64,000 nucleotides of DNA from Bacteroidales bacterium (GTDB taxonomy: Bacteria > Bacteroidota > Bacteroidia > Bacteroidales > UBA932): the NCBI GenBank assembly GCA_017459075.1, contig JAFUDQ010000028.1, forward strand, positions 8,045-72,044, given 5' to 3'. The position numbers and the translations under genes are program-made. Below the pieces are notes generated by a model. That model ran no database searches, had not been told where the DNA came from, and saw only the letters and a list, made by a program, of their open reading frames with translations. Positions 47,087-56,559 of the stretch are shown in pieces; within the stretch, counting starts at the first letter, position 1; every line of letters begins with the position of its first letter.

Positions 47087-48502
47087 CTAGAAGTACTTCT
47101 TTTCTTGACGGTATAGGACGACAAATATGAAAATAAGTATAGTGAAAGCCCAGAGAGAGGACCCGCCATAGCTCATCAGTGGAAGAGGTATGCCAATCAC
47201 AGGCATCAGGCCTATTGTCATGCCTATGTTGATGAAAAGATGCATGAAAAGGCACGAGGCAACGCAGTAGCCGTAAATCCGCGTGAAATTCTCGCGTGAC
47301 TTCTCTGCATCGGAAATAATCCTCCAGATAAGGGCCACATAAAGGCCTATCACAAGAAGGCAGCCAAGAAAGCCCCACTCCTCTCCGACTGTGCAGAAAA
47401 TAAAGTCAGTGCTCTGCTCTGGAACAAAACCGTAAGTCGTCTGCGTACCCTGCAGGTAACCCTTGCCCGTCATTCCTCCGGAACCGATTGCAATCATGCT
47501 CTGGTTAACATTGTATCCAACCCCGGCAGGGTCATCCTTCATGCCCAAAAGCACCTCTATACGCTTGCGCTGATGCTCCTGCATCACATTATTAATGATG
47601 ATGTCGGTAGAAAAAATAAGGACAGTCCCCGCAACTACACCCACAATGGAATAGAACAAAAACGTGTTTTTATGCTTGTAGGCCTGAAAACAAAGGACGG
47701 GAATGGCAAGAGCTATAAGGCCGATGACAACATACATCGGCTTTGAAAAATAAGACGGCAGTAAGGCCAGTGCCGCCACAATGGCAGCGCAAATCGCAAG
47801 GTTGCGGAAAACCGCCCTCTGCCGCAGGCAATTCGCAAGCATGAAAATGCCAAGCAGGGTCAGAATCGCCGCGTAAGGCGATGCCGTCAGGGTAAGAATG
47901 AAAAGCAGTATGCTTATGCCGATGAAAGCCAGGATCCAGCCGGACAGCCCCTCCCTGTAAAGAACAAACAGGAAGCCCACATACACAAGGGCCGAGCCCG
48001 TTTCCTTCTCTCCGAGGATAATCAGCATAGGCAGTCCCACAATAAGGGCGACTTTGAAAAAATCCTTAAACCTGCCCATCTGGAAGCCGTTTCGGCTCAG
48101 CACGAAGGCAAGAAGAAGGGACGTGGTTATCTTGGAAACCTCTGCCGGCTGAAAGCGTACCGCCCCGAAGCTGAACCAAGAGCGGGAGCCTTTGACCTCT
48201 ACACCCAGGAAGATAACCGCCACCAAAAGGAAAACAACGCCAATATACAACGGGATGGCCGCCCCTTCCCACATCCTCGCGGGTAGGGCGAACAAGATAA
48301 GAATCGCCAGGACGAAGGCCGTAGCAATCCAAAGGCACTGCATTCCGCTTCGGACAGAAATGTCAAAGATAGAAGACGGCTCGGAGGAATGAACTGAAGC
48401 ATAAATATTTACAAGGCCGATGAAGACCAAAGCCAGGTAAATCCCTATGATTCTCCAATCAAGGGACTGCTTCATGTTTCTTCGTTTGAATGTATTCTCC
48501 AT
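47087..48502 (-). CDS. rodA: Rod shape-determining protein RodA
   Basis: GSRSW, FQPAE, GYNVNQSMIAIGSGG, PEQSTDFIF, GIPLPLMSYGGSS. Confidence 0.95.
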   Translation of the reverse strand: MENTFKRRNMKQSLDWRIIGIYLALVFIGLVNIYASVHSSEPSSIFDISVRSGMQCLWIATAFVLAILILFALPARMWEGAAIPLYIGVVFLLVAVIFLGVEVKGSRSWFSFGAVRFQPAEVSKITTSLLLAFVLSRNGFQMGRFKDFFKVALIVGLPMLIILGEKETGSALVYVGFLFVLYREGLSGWILAFIGISILLFILTLTASPYAAILTLLGIFMLANCLRQRAVFRNLAICAAIVAALALLPSYFSKPMYVVIGLIALAIPVLCFQAYKHKNTFLFYSIVGVVAGTVLIFSTDIIINNVMQEHQRKRIEVLLGMKDDPAGVGYNVNQSMIAIGSGGMTGKGYLQGTQTTYGFVPEQSTDFIFCTVGEEWGFLGCLLVIGLYVALIWRIISDAEKSRENFTRIYGYCVASCLFMHLFINIGMTIGLMPVIGIPLPLMSYGGSSLWAFTILIFIFVVLYRQEKKYF

Positions 48503-48504
48503 GC

Positions 48505-50337
48505 TTAGTCTGTCTTAACCCTCCACATAAGGTCTCCTTCCATTACACGCTTCTCCATGTCCGGACGCGAAATCTCCCCGGTCAGGTATTTCTCTACCAG
48601 AAGCGAAGCGATAGGAGCTGCCCAGGTTGCCCCGAAGCCCGCATTCTCTACATAAGCAGCCACGGCAATCTTTGGATTATCCTTTGGAGCAAAGCAGATG
48701 AAAACAGAGTTGTCCGCTCCGCGGGGATTCTGGGCCGTACCCGTCTTGCCGCAAATATCCAGCCCCGGAACCGCCGCGATGCTTGCCGTTCCCCCGGAGC
48801 CGAAGCCGCTGTTCACGGCCTTCCACATTCCCGGAATCACTTTCAGGAACTGGGTGGTATCAACCATCGTGTAATGCTTCTCCTTGAACTTCTCATCTAT
48901 CGTAATCTCCGGCGAATCCTTGATGATATGCGGAATCTTATACCATCCCCTGTTGGCAACCGTTGCACTTAAATTGGCAATCTGGAGTGGTGTAACGCCG
49001 ATTTCTCCCTGGCCGATGGAGATGGAAACAATCGTCGTGAACTTCCATCCGCCCTTGCCGTAAAGCCTGTTGTACAGTTTGGACGTAGGAATGGTTCCGC
49101 CAAGCTCGGAAGGAAAGTCACTCCCCAGCTTATGCCCGAAGCCGAAGCTTTCTACATACTCATGCCATTTGTCAAGCGCCTCTGCGATGGAGCTGTATTT
49201 CCTGTTTTCCAGAGTATTTCTGAGGGCATAGCAGAAGTAGGCGTTGCAGGACATCATTATTGCCTGTTCCAGCGGAATGGGCGATGGGTGCGCGTGGCAG
49301 CCAAGTTTATGTTTTCCGAAATGATATCCCCTGCTACACGGATAGCTGTCCGTCGGCTTCAGCGTCCCTTCCTGAAGGCCGATGAGGCCGTTTACGAGCT
49401 TGAATACAGAGCCCGGAGGGTACGATGCCTGCACGGCCCTGTTATACATCGGCCTGTAAGGATCTTTGAGGATGTCTTCATAATTACGCCTCATGTCAGC
49501 AAGCTTGTTCACATCAATACCGGGGCTTGACACAAGGGTCAGAATCTCGCCTGTGGCGGGCTCTATCGCCACAAGGGAACCAACTTTGTTCTGCATCAGT
49601 TCCTGTCCGTACTGCTGAAGGACGGCGTCGATGGTAGTGACGATGTCTTTCCCCGGGACAGCCTCTTTGTCAGAGGCACCATCGTTATACTGCGACTGAA
49701 TCTGGTTTTTGGAGTTGCGAAGATAGATATGATAACCCTTTTCACCGCGGAGCTCCTCCTCTCTGGTAGCTTCGATACCCGTCTTTCCGGCATAGTCCCC
49801 GGGACGGTATTCGTCAGGATGCTGTTTCAGGTATTTGGCATCGACCTCTGCCACGTAGCCGAGCAGGTTGCCTCCGGCATTGAAAGGGTAGTCCCTGATG
49901 CTTCTTGTCTGCCCCTTGAAACCCGGGAACATGTAGGCGATTTCCGCGAATCGCATATAAGACTCCGCGGGCATCTGCTTTATCATTACAACGCCCTGGA
50001 AGCCTATCTTGCGCCTGTCCCTTTTGTACTCCGCCATCTTGCTGCGGATGAAATCCGGTTCAACGCCAAGCACTTCAGCAAGCAGCAGGGTGTCAAAAGG
50101 CTGGACCTCGTGCGGGGTAACCATGAGATTGTAAGACACCTTGTTACCTACAAGAATGCGTCCGTTCCTGTCGTAGATGACTCCTCGCGTCGGATAAATG
50201 ATATCGTACACCATGGAGTTGTTGGACGCGTTAATCTTGTACTTGTCATCTATAATCTGGATGATGAATAGTTTGACAAGCAGGATGCCGGCAGCAACAA
50301 CAAGCCCGGTGAGCAGTTTATTCTTCCTGGAGGCCAT
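48505..50337 (-). CDS. mrdA: Penicillin-binding protein 2
   Basis: RGVIYDRNG, PPGSVFK (SxxK), SCN, GKTGTAQ. Confidence 0.95.
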   Translation of the reverse strand: MASRKNKLLTGLVVAAGILLVKLFIIQIIDDKYKINASNNSMVYDIIYPTRGVIYDRNGRILVGNKVSYNLMVTPHEVQPFDTLLLAEVLGVEPDFIRSKMAEYKRDRRKIGFQGVVMIKQMPAESYMRFAEIAYMFPGFKGQTRSIRDYPFNAGGNLLGYVAEVDAKYLKQHPDEYRPGDYAGKTGIEATREEELRGEKGYHIYLRNSKNQIQSQYNDGASDKEAVPGKDIVTTIDAVLQQYGQELMQNKVGSLVAIEPATGEILTLVSSPGIDVNKLADMRRNYEDILKDPYRPMYNRAVQASYPPGSVFKLVNGLIGLQEGTLKPTDSYPCSRGYHFGKHKLGCHAHPSPIPLEQAIMMSCNAYFCYALRNTLENRKYSSIAEALDKWHEYVESFGFGHKLGSDFPSELGGTIPTSKLYNRLYGKGGWKFTTIVSISIGQGEIGVTPLQIANLSATVANRGWYKIPHIIKDSPEITIDEKFKEKHYTMVDTTQFLKVIPGMWKAVNSGFGSGGTASIAAVPGLDICGKTGTAQNPRGADNSVFICFAPKDNPKIAVAAYVENAGFGATWAAPIASLLVEKYLTGEISRPDMEKRVMEGDLMWRVKTD

Positions 50338-50338
50338 G

Positions 50339-50842
50339 TCAGCGGTCCTCCCTTGTTAGCATGTTTGCAATCATTACGGAGAGCATCGTTCCGGCAATAA
50401 GAGAAACAATGAAGCGGGTCAGGTTCTCTTCCAAAGTCCGGGTGACGCCGCCATCGGCCCAGACATAAATGAAAAGGAAGATGGCCTGGGCTATTGCCAC
50501 GGCAAAAATCACCTTGGCCGGCCCGTATTTTTTTATGGAGAAATCTTCATCCCTGGCCCTTACCTCTTCTCCGAAAATGGCGTTGCAGATGGTTTTGCGA
50601 AGCCCTGCAACCGGCAGGAGGGCCACGACATTAAGCCCCAGTACACCCTCGGCCGCAAAGTCAACGGCGAAGCCGGCCGCAAAGGCAATGAGCATGGCCT
50701 TGATTGTGCTAATCCTTGAGGGGATGCAAATAGCGATGGCGGGAAGAAGGCTTAGAGTAAGGTACATGCTGATATGCAAGTAATTGCAAATCAGCGCCTG
50801 GGCTGCCACAAGAAGGGCTACTGAAAGGAAGGAATATTTCAT
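50339..50842 (-). CDS. mreD: Rod shape-determining protein MreD
   Basis: Hydrophobic protein between mreC and mrdA. Confidence 0.75.
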   Translation of the reverse strand: MKYSFLSVALLVAAQALICNYLHISMYLTLSLLPAIAICIPSRISTIKAMLIAFAAGFAVDFAAEGVLGLNVVALLPVAGLRKTICNAIFGEEVRARDEDFSIKKYGPAKVIFAVAIAQAIFLFIYVWADGGVTRTLEENLTRFIVSLIAGTMLSVMIANMLTREDR

Positions 50843-51669
50843 TTCCGCGCCTCCTTTTTCTCTATGGACTGGATTTCCTCCCTGTCCTTGTTGGTTACAA
50901 GGGTGACATACCTTACGGCGGAATAGTCCTGGAATAGCTTCACATCAATGTCGTATGTGGAGCCGTTGATGATTTTGGAGCCCTCTATCGTACCCAGCGG
51001 AATGTCCGGGGGGAAGATGGAAGAATGGCCGCTGGTGTAAACCGTATCGCCTTTTTCAAATTTGTGCTGAAGGCTTATCTCCCTAAGCGTAGCATGCGAT
51101 AGGCTCTTACCGTCCCATGCCATCGGCCCTACGGCACCCTCCCGCCCTATGCGGGCGCTAAGGTTGAAGTTGCTGTTGAGGAAGGAGATGGCATACGAAT
51201 AATTCGTGCTTACGGTATCAATGATGCCGATGATGCCGCGGCTGGTTATGACTCCCGAGTGCGAGGCTATGCCGTCTTTTGCTCCCTTGTTGATAATGAG
51301 GTAGTTATGATGCTTGTTGCGGCTGTTTTTTACTACCTGGGCCCATGAGAACGTGAAGTTCCCGGCGGTAAATGGACGGCCGGCTTCGGCTTCATTCAGG
51401 GAGTCAGCCGCCGCGTCATATTTTGCCAGTGCGCACTGCAATTCAAAATTCTCCTTGGAGAGGCTCTCGTTTATCTGCTTCAGGGCAAAGTAATCTCCTA
51501 TGCTCTGGCTCCATCCCCAGACCGTGGAAATGACGCTATGAGAGAGCCGGGACAGGAAAAACTCCTGTCCTGAGGTACTGCGGCGCAGCAAACCCAATGC
51601 GGCAATCTCCAAAGCTATGAAGATTGCCACATTAATCCCGGAGCGGTATATGTTCCGCTTCCCGGCCAT
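50839..51669 (-). CDS. mreC: Rod shape-determining protein MreC
   Basis: INKGAKDGI, GDTVYTSG...FPPDIPLG. Confidence 0.92.
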   Translation of the reverse strand: MAGKRNIYRSGINVAIFIALEIAALGLLRRSTSGQEFFLSRLSHSVISTVWGWSQSIGDYFALKQINESLSKENFELQCALAKYDAAADSLNEAEAGRPFTAGNFTFSWAQVVKNSRNKHHNYLIINKGAKDGIASHSGVITSRGIIGIIDTVSTNYSYAISFLNSNFNLSARIGREGAVGPMAWDGKSLSHATLREISLQHKFEKGDTVYTSGHSSIFPPDIPLGTIEGSKIINGSTYDIDVKLFQDYSAVRYVTLVTNKDREEIQSIEKKEARK

Positions 51670-51670
51670 T

Positions 51671-52693
51671 TTACCTCATAAGGAATGAGTAATTTTCTAC
51701 ATTCTTAAGGGCGATGCAGGTTCCTCTTGCTACAGCGCGAAGCGGGTCCTCTGCTACGTGGAACTGGATATTTACCTTCTCTGAGAACCTCTGAGCCAGG
51801 CCGCGGAGCAATGCGCCGCCACCAGACAGGAAGATACCGTTCTCTACGATATCGGAGTAAAGCTCCGGGGGAGTGTTTTCCAGAACATGCAGGATGGAAG
51901 CTTCCAGCTTGGCAATGGACTTGTCAAGGCAGTGGGCGATTTCCGGGTAAGTAATGGTTGCGTCAACAGGGTGCGCTGTCATGAGGTTAGGACCCCTTAC
52001 GATGAAGGGCTCCGGCTCATCTTCCAACTCCGGAATAACGGCGCCGACGGCAATCTTGATTTTCTCTGCCGTGGTTTCACCTACGCGGATGTTGTGCTGC
52101 TGGCGAAGATAGTACTGGATATCGCTTGTAAACACGTCACCTGCGGTACGGATGCTGTCCTGCTGAACGATGCCGCCCAGTGAAATAACGGCGATTTCAG
52201 TTGTACCGCCTCCGATGTCAACTACCATGTTGCCTTTAGGCGCCTCTACATCCAGGCCGATACCCAGGGCTGCTGCCATAGGTTCGTAGATAAGGTAAAC
52301 GTCGCGGCCTCCGGCGTGCTCCGATGAGTCACGCACGGCCCTGATTTCCACCTCTGTACTGCCGGAAGGGATGCCTACCACAATCTTGAGGCTGGGAGAA
52401 AACAGGCTCTTGTGTTTGCTGTTCACCTGCTTGATGAAGCCGCGGATCATCATCTCTGCGGCGTTGAAGTCTGCAATTACACCATCCCTGAGCGGACGTA
52501 CGGTCTTGATTCCGGGATTGGTCTTTTCGTGCATCAGCTTGGCCTTCTGACCAAGGGCGATGCACTTTCCTGTATTGTTATCAATAGCGACGATACTTGG
52601 TTCGTCCAGGACGATCTGGTCGTTCTGGAAGATAACGGTGTTGGCCGTTCCAAGGTCAATCGCAAGCTCCTGCGAAAAGAAAGAAAATGCCAT
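51671..52693 (-). CDS. mreB: Actin-like MreB
   Basis: IDLGTANT, RPLRDGVIADF, EPMAAA, DIGGGTTE, GGGALL. Confidence 0.98.
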   Translation of the reverse strand: MAFSFFSQELAIDLGTANTVIFQNDQIVLDEPSIVAIDNNTGKCIALGQKAKLMHEKTNPGIKTVRPLRDGVIADFNAAEMMIRGFIKQVNSKHKSLFSPSLKIVVGIPSGSTEVEIRAVRDSSEHAGGRDVYLIYEPMAAALGIGLDVEAPKGNMVVDIGGGTTEIAVISLGGIVQQDSIRTAGDVFTSDIQYYLRQQHNIRVGETTAEKIKIAVGAVIPELEDEPEPFIVRGPNLMTAHPVDATITYPEIAHCLDKSIAKLEASILHVLENTPPELYSDIVENGIFLSGGGALLRGLAQRFSEKVNIQFHVAEDPLRAVARGTCIALKNVENYSFLMR

Positions 52694-52797
52694 TTTTAAA
52701 AATTTTTGTAAAATTACAAAAAAGCGCGAATTCTCCGATAATATCGGACTGAAAAAAGATAATATTTCTTATTTTTGCGAAAATTTGACCTTTCGAT

Positions 52798-53523
52798 ATG
52801 CTTCCAGAGGAAAAAGAGAGCAGAAGATTCTATCTGATAGTAACCGCCGGCGGGCAGGGAACAAGGATGGGGGCCGATGTCCCCAAGCAGTTCCTGTCCC
52901 TTGGAGAGAAGAACATACTTCACACCACCATCTGCGCCTTTGCCGATGTCTTCCCAGACATGAAGGTGATAACCGTTCTGCCGAAGGAGCATATTACATT
53001 CTGGAAGGAATATTGCCTTAAAAGCGGGTTTACGATGCCGCAAACACTTGTTAAGGGGGGCTTTACAAGGTTTCATTCTGTTAAGGCTGCCCTTGCCAAG
53101 GTGCCGGACGGAGCCATTGTAGCCATTCATGACGGCGTGCGCCCCTTCGTTTCTCCCAAGCTGCTTAAGATGATGAAGGCAAGGATGGATGCCGGATGCC
53201 GCGCCCTCATTCCCTGCATGCCCACGACAGACACCTTGAAAGTACTCAGGAAAAACGGGGCTGGAGAGCTTGAAATTGTTCCCGGAGCCAAGGCGGACAG
53301 GAGCGAAATCTTTGGCGTGCAGACCCCTCAGTTCTTTTATTCGGAAGATATAAAAGCCGCATACTCAGCTCCTTACGATCTTAATTTTACTGACGATTCT
53401 TCCGTGGCTCAGGCAAAAGGAATACCCCTCTCCTTCTGCCAGGGAGAGAGGTATAATATAAAAATCACCACAAAGGAAGACCTTATTTTTGCAAAGCTTT
53501 TTTCCCTTGGGCTGAATAGCTAG
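52798..53523 (+). CDS. ispD: 2-C-methyl-D-erythritol 4-phosphate cytidylyltransferase
   Basis: AGGQGTRMG..VPKQF, IHDGVRP, QTPQ, TDD, NIKITT. Confidence 0.92.
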   Translation: MLPEEKESRRFYLIVTAGGQGTRMGADVPKQFLSLGEKNILHTTICAFADVFPDMKVITVLPKEHITFWKEYCLKSGFTMPQTLVKGGFTRFHSVKAALAKVPDGAIVAIHDGVRPFVSPKLLKMMKARMDAGCRALIPCMPTTDTLKVLRKNGAGELEIVPGAKADRSEIFGVQTPQFFYSEDIKAAYSAPYDLNFTDDSSVAQAKGIPLSFCQGERYNIKITTKEDLIFAKLFSLGLNS

Positions 53524-53995
53524 TGCTCTTGTAATCCTTTACCCATACCTGGCGGTCAATGGCCTCGTCCAGGGCAATCATCGTCTCGGTTGCCTGGATG
53601 TGGGGAATCTTCTGGATGGTGTTCAGAAGCACCTCCATAAGGTGGTCGTTGTCAAAGCAGTACAACTTGACAATAAGGGCATGCTTGCCTGTAACAAAAT
53701 GACATTCAACAACTTCCTGAATCTGCTTGAGACTTTCTACAACCTCTGCATACTTGCTGGCCTCTGAAAGGCTGATGCTAACGAATGCGCAGATATTCAG
53801 ACCCAGGGCCTGGGGTTTTACAAGAAGGCGGGAACCTGTAATCACGCCTGCGGCCTCCAGCCTCTTAACCCTCTGGTGGATTGCAGCTCCTGAAACTTCA
53901 CATATCCTGGCTATCTCCAGGAAAGGCATTCTTGCGTTTTTTACCAAAAGGGACAGAATTTTCTGATCGGTCTGGTCAATCTGGTAGTTTGTCAT
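53483..53995 (-). CDS. Lrp/AsnC-family transcriptional regulator
   Basis: IDQTDQKIL...NARMPFLEIA...VSGAAIHQRV, VVECHFVTG. Confidence 0.92.
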   Translation of the reverse strand: MTNYQIDQTDQKILSLLVKNARMPFLEIARICEVSGAAIHQRVKRLEAAGVITGSRLLVKPQALGLNICAFVSISLSEASKYAEVVESLKQIQEVVECHFVTGKHALIVKLYCFDNDHLMEVLLNTIQKIPHIQATETMIALDEAIDRQVWVKDYKSTSYSAQGKKALQK

Positions 53996-54060
53996 AACAC
54001 TTACACTTTTTAAGTTGATACCAATGCACAAAAATATAAATTTTTGAAAAAGTTAACAAG

Positions 54061-54102
54061 AAAAGAGCAGAAAATTAACATTTGTTAGTTCCCTGCTCTT
54101 TT
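54061..54102 (-). terminator. Terminator downstream of topA
   Basis: AAAAGAGCAG...CTGCTCTTTT. Confidence 0.65.
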
Positions 54103-54137
54103 ATGTGATGTTTTGGAAGTCTTCCTTCGCTTACAAA

Positions 54138-56420
54138 TTATTTTTTCTCTTTATTGGCCGCCTGGATAATCTCAAGGCACTTCGCTTCTGTAAGAGACTC
54201 GGCCTTAACTCCGCGCGGAATCTTGTAATTCTTTCCAGACTGCTTGATGTAGGGGCCGTAGCGTCCGTTCAAAACGCTGATTCCGGAAGCTTCGAACACG
54301 GCAATCTGGTCCTTTGCGGGGTCTGCCGCACTGCGGATGATGGTTTCGCATTCCGCCAAAGTCACGGTAAGGGGATTGGAACCCTTCGGCAGTGAATAAT
54401 TTTTGCCTGCGTGCCTGATATAAGGGCCGAAGCGTCCTTTCATGGCAACGATATCCTCTCCGTCAAGGGTGCCGACGGTTCTGGGGAGTTCAAACAGCTT
54501 CATCGCCTCTTCAAGGGTGATGTTCTCTATAAGTTGGCCGGGGGCGAGGTGGGCGAAACGCCTGTTCTCTCCCTCTCCTATCTGGATGAAGGGACCCCAC
54601 TGCCCGAACTTTGCAATGACCTTCTGGCCTTCCTGGGTTGTTCCAAGCTCCCTTTCAACGCGGTTGTAAGAATGGTCTGCAAGCACGTGCTCAACCTTGC
54701 CATGGAAGGGGGTGTAGAAATTGGAAATAACTGAATTCCAAGCGGTTTCACCGGCGGCAACCTGGTCAAACTCCTTCTCTACATTCGCGGTGAAATCATA
54801 GTTCATGATATCTTCAAAATTCTTCATCAGGTAATCAGTCACCATGATGCCGATATCCTGGGGCAGCAGCTTGCCCTTTTCTGCGCCCACAACCTCTGTC
54901 TTCTCGCTTCGCGTAATGTTGTTTCCGCTGAGTTTCAGGTTTACAACCTTCACCTTTTCTCCCGGCTTGTCGCCTTTAACGACATAGCCGCGGCCTGTTG
55001 TAAGGGTTGTGATGGTAGGGGAGTAAGTGGAAGGACGGCCTATTCCCAACTCTTCAAGTTTCTTTACAAGGGAAGCCTCTGAATACCTGTAAGGCGGCTG
55101 GGTGAATTTGCATTCAGCGTGCATTTCCTTCCGGGACATGGCCTGGCCAATGCTGAGGCCGGGGAGGAGAACCTCGTCCATCTCCTCGGCAGCATCGTCA
55201 GTACCCTCAAGATAAAGCTTCAGGAAGCCATCGAACAGAATCTGGGTTGCCTGAATGTTGAAAATCTCCGGCCTTTTGTCCGATTCAACTTCGATATCGG
55301 TACGCAGAATCTTTGCATCCGCCATCTGTGAGGCGACGGTGCGCTTCCAGATAAGCTCATACAGCCTCTTTTCCTGAAGGGTGCCGTCAATGGACGTATT
55401 CTGTATATAGGTAGGGCGGATGGCCTCATGGGCTTCCTGTGCGCCCTTGGTACGCGTTGTGTACTGGCGGGGACGGGAATACTCGGGCCCGAAGTTGTCG
55501 CAGATGAAGGCTTTAGCCGCGCCGCGGGCAAGGGACGACAGGTTGGTGGAATCTGTTCGCATATAGGTAATCAGACCCCTTTCGTACAGTCCCTGTGCCA
55601 GACGCATCGTCGTACTTACGGTAAAATGCAGTTTGCGGGAAGCCTCCTGCTGCAATGTCGATGTTGTGAAGGGGGCTGCAGGCACTTTGACTCCGTCTTT
55701 TTTGGAGATGTCCCTGATTTTGAATGAGGCGCCGATGCTGTCCCTGAGGAACTGCTCCGCCTGTTCGATGTCCGGGAATTTCTTGTCCAGGGTTGCCCTT
55801 ACAAGCACGCCCTTGTCCGTTCCTTCCGGATGGAAGATGGCATCTACCTTATAGTAAGCCTCTTTTTCAAAGGCCATAATCTCCCTTTCCCTGTCAACCA
55901 CAAGGCGCAGGGCGACGCTCTGGACGCGGCCTGCGCTAAGCTTCGGCTGAATCTTTCTCCAGAGGATAGGCGAGAGTTCAAAACCCACGAGGCGGTCCAG
56001 CACGCGGCGGGCCTGCTGGGCGTTTACAAGGTTCATGTCAATGGACCTTGGCTCCTTGATTGCATTCAGGATGGCGTCCTTTGTAATCTCGTGAAATACA
56101 ATTCGTTTGGATTTGGCTTCAGTAAGGCCAAGAGTGTCGAAAAGATGCCACGAAATGGCCTCTCCCTCACGGTCTTCATCGGAAGCGAGCCAGACAACCT
56201 CGGCTTCGGAAGAAAGTTTCTTGAGTTCCGCAACCACCTTTTTCTTGTCTGCAGGTACTTCATATTCCGGTTTGAATCCGTGCTGGATGTCAATACCCAT
56301 TCCCTTCTGTCCCAGATCCCTGATATGTCCGATGCTGGCTTTAACTGTGAAGTCTTTACCCAGGTATTTCTGTATTGTCTTAACCTTTCCCGGAGACTCA
56401 ACTATCAGCAAGTTCTTCAT
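54138..56420 (-). CDS. topA: DNA topoisomerase I
   Basis: LIVESPGK, DEDREGE, SAGRVQ, ITYMRTDS, QEAHEAIRPT, GIGRPST, C-terminal GR(F/Y)GPY repeats. Confidence 0.97.
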   Translation of the reverse strand: MKNLLIVESPGKVKTIQKYLGKDFTVKASIGHIRDLGQKGMGIDIQHGFKPEYEVPADKKKVVAELKKLSSEAEVVWLASDEDREGEAISWHLFDTLGLTEAKSKRIVFHEITKDAILNAIKEPRSIDMNLVNAQQARRVLDRLVGFELSPILWRKIQPKLSAGRVQSVALRLVVDREREIMAFEKEAYYKVDAIFHPEGTDKGVLVRATLDKKFPDIEQAEQFLRDSIGASFKIRDISKKDGVKVPAAPFTTSTLQQEASRKLHFTVSTTMRLAQGLYERGLITYMRTDSTNLSSLARGAAKAFICDNFGPEYSRPRQYTTRTKGAQEAHEAIRPTYIQNTSIDGTLQEKRLYELIWKRTVASQMADAKILRTDIEVESDKRPEIFNIQATQILFDGFLKLYLEGTDDAAEEMDEVLLPGLSIGQAMSRKEMHAECKFTQPPYRYSEASLVKKLEELGIGRPSTYSPTITTLTTGRGYVVKGDKPGEKVKVVNLKLSGNNITRSEKTEVVGAEKGKLLPQDIGIMVTDYLMKNFEDIMNYDFTANVEKEFDQVAAGETAWNSVISNFYTPFHGKVEHVLADHSYNRVERELGTTQEGQKVIAKFGQWGPFIQIGEGENRRFAHLAPGQLIENITLEEAMKLFELPRTVGTLDGEDIVAMKGRFGPYIRHAGKNYSLPKGSNPLTVTLAECETIIRSAADPAKDQIAVFEASGISVLNGRYGPYIKQSGKNYKIPRGVKAESLTEAKCLEIIQAANKEKK

Positions 56421-56559
56421 AAAAATGTAGTTTTTGCGACTGGCGCATTCTCAATATTCGGTGCAAAGTAAGAGGGTGTTTTGAATTTTTCCAAATTTTG
56501 TTGCTATTTTTGTAACCGGAATCCGGCTGCATTTCCGGGTTTAACAATAGTTAAAAAAA

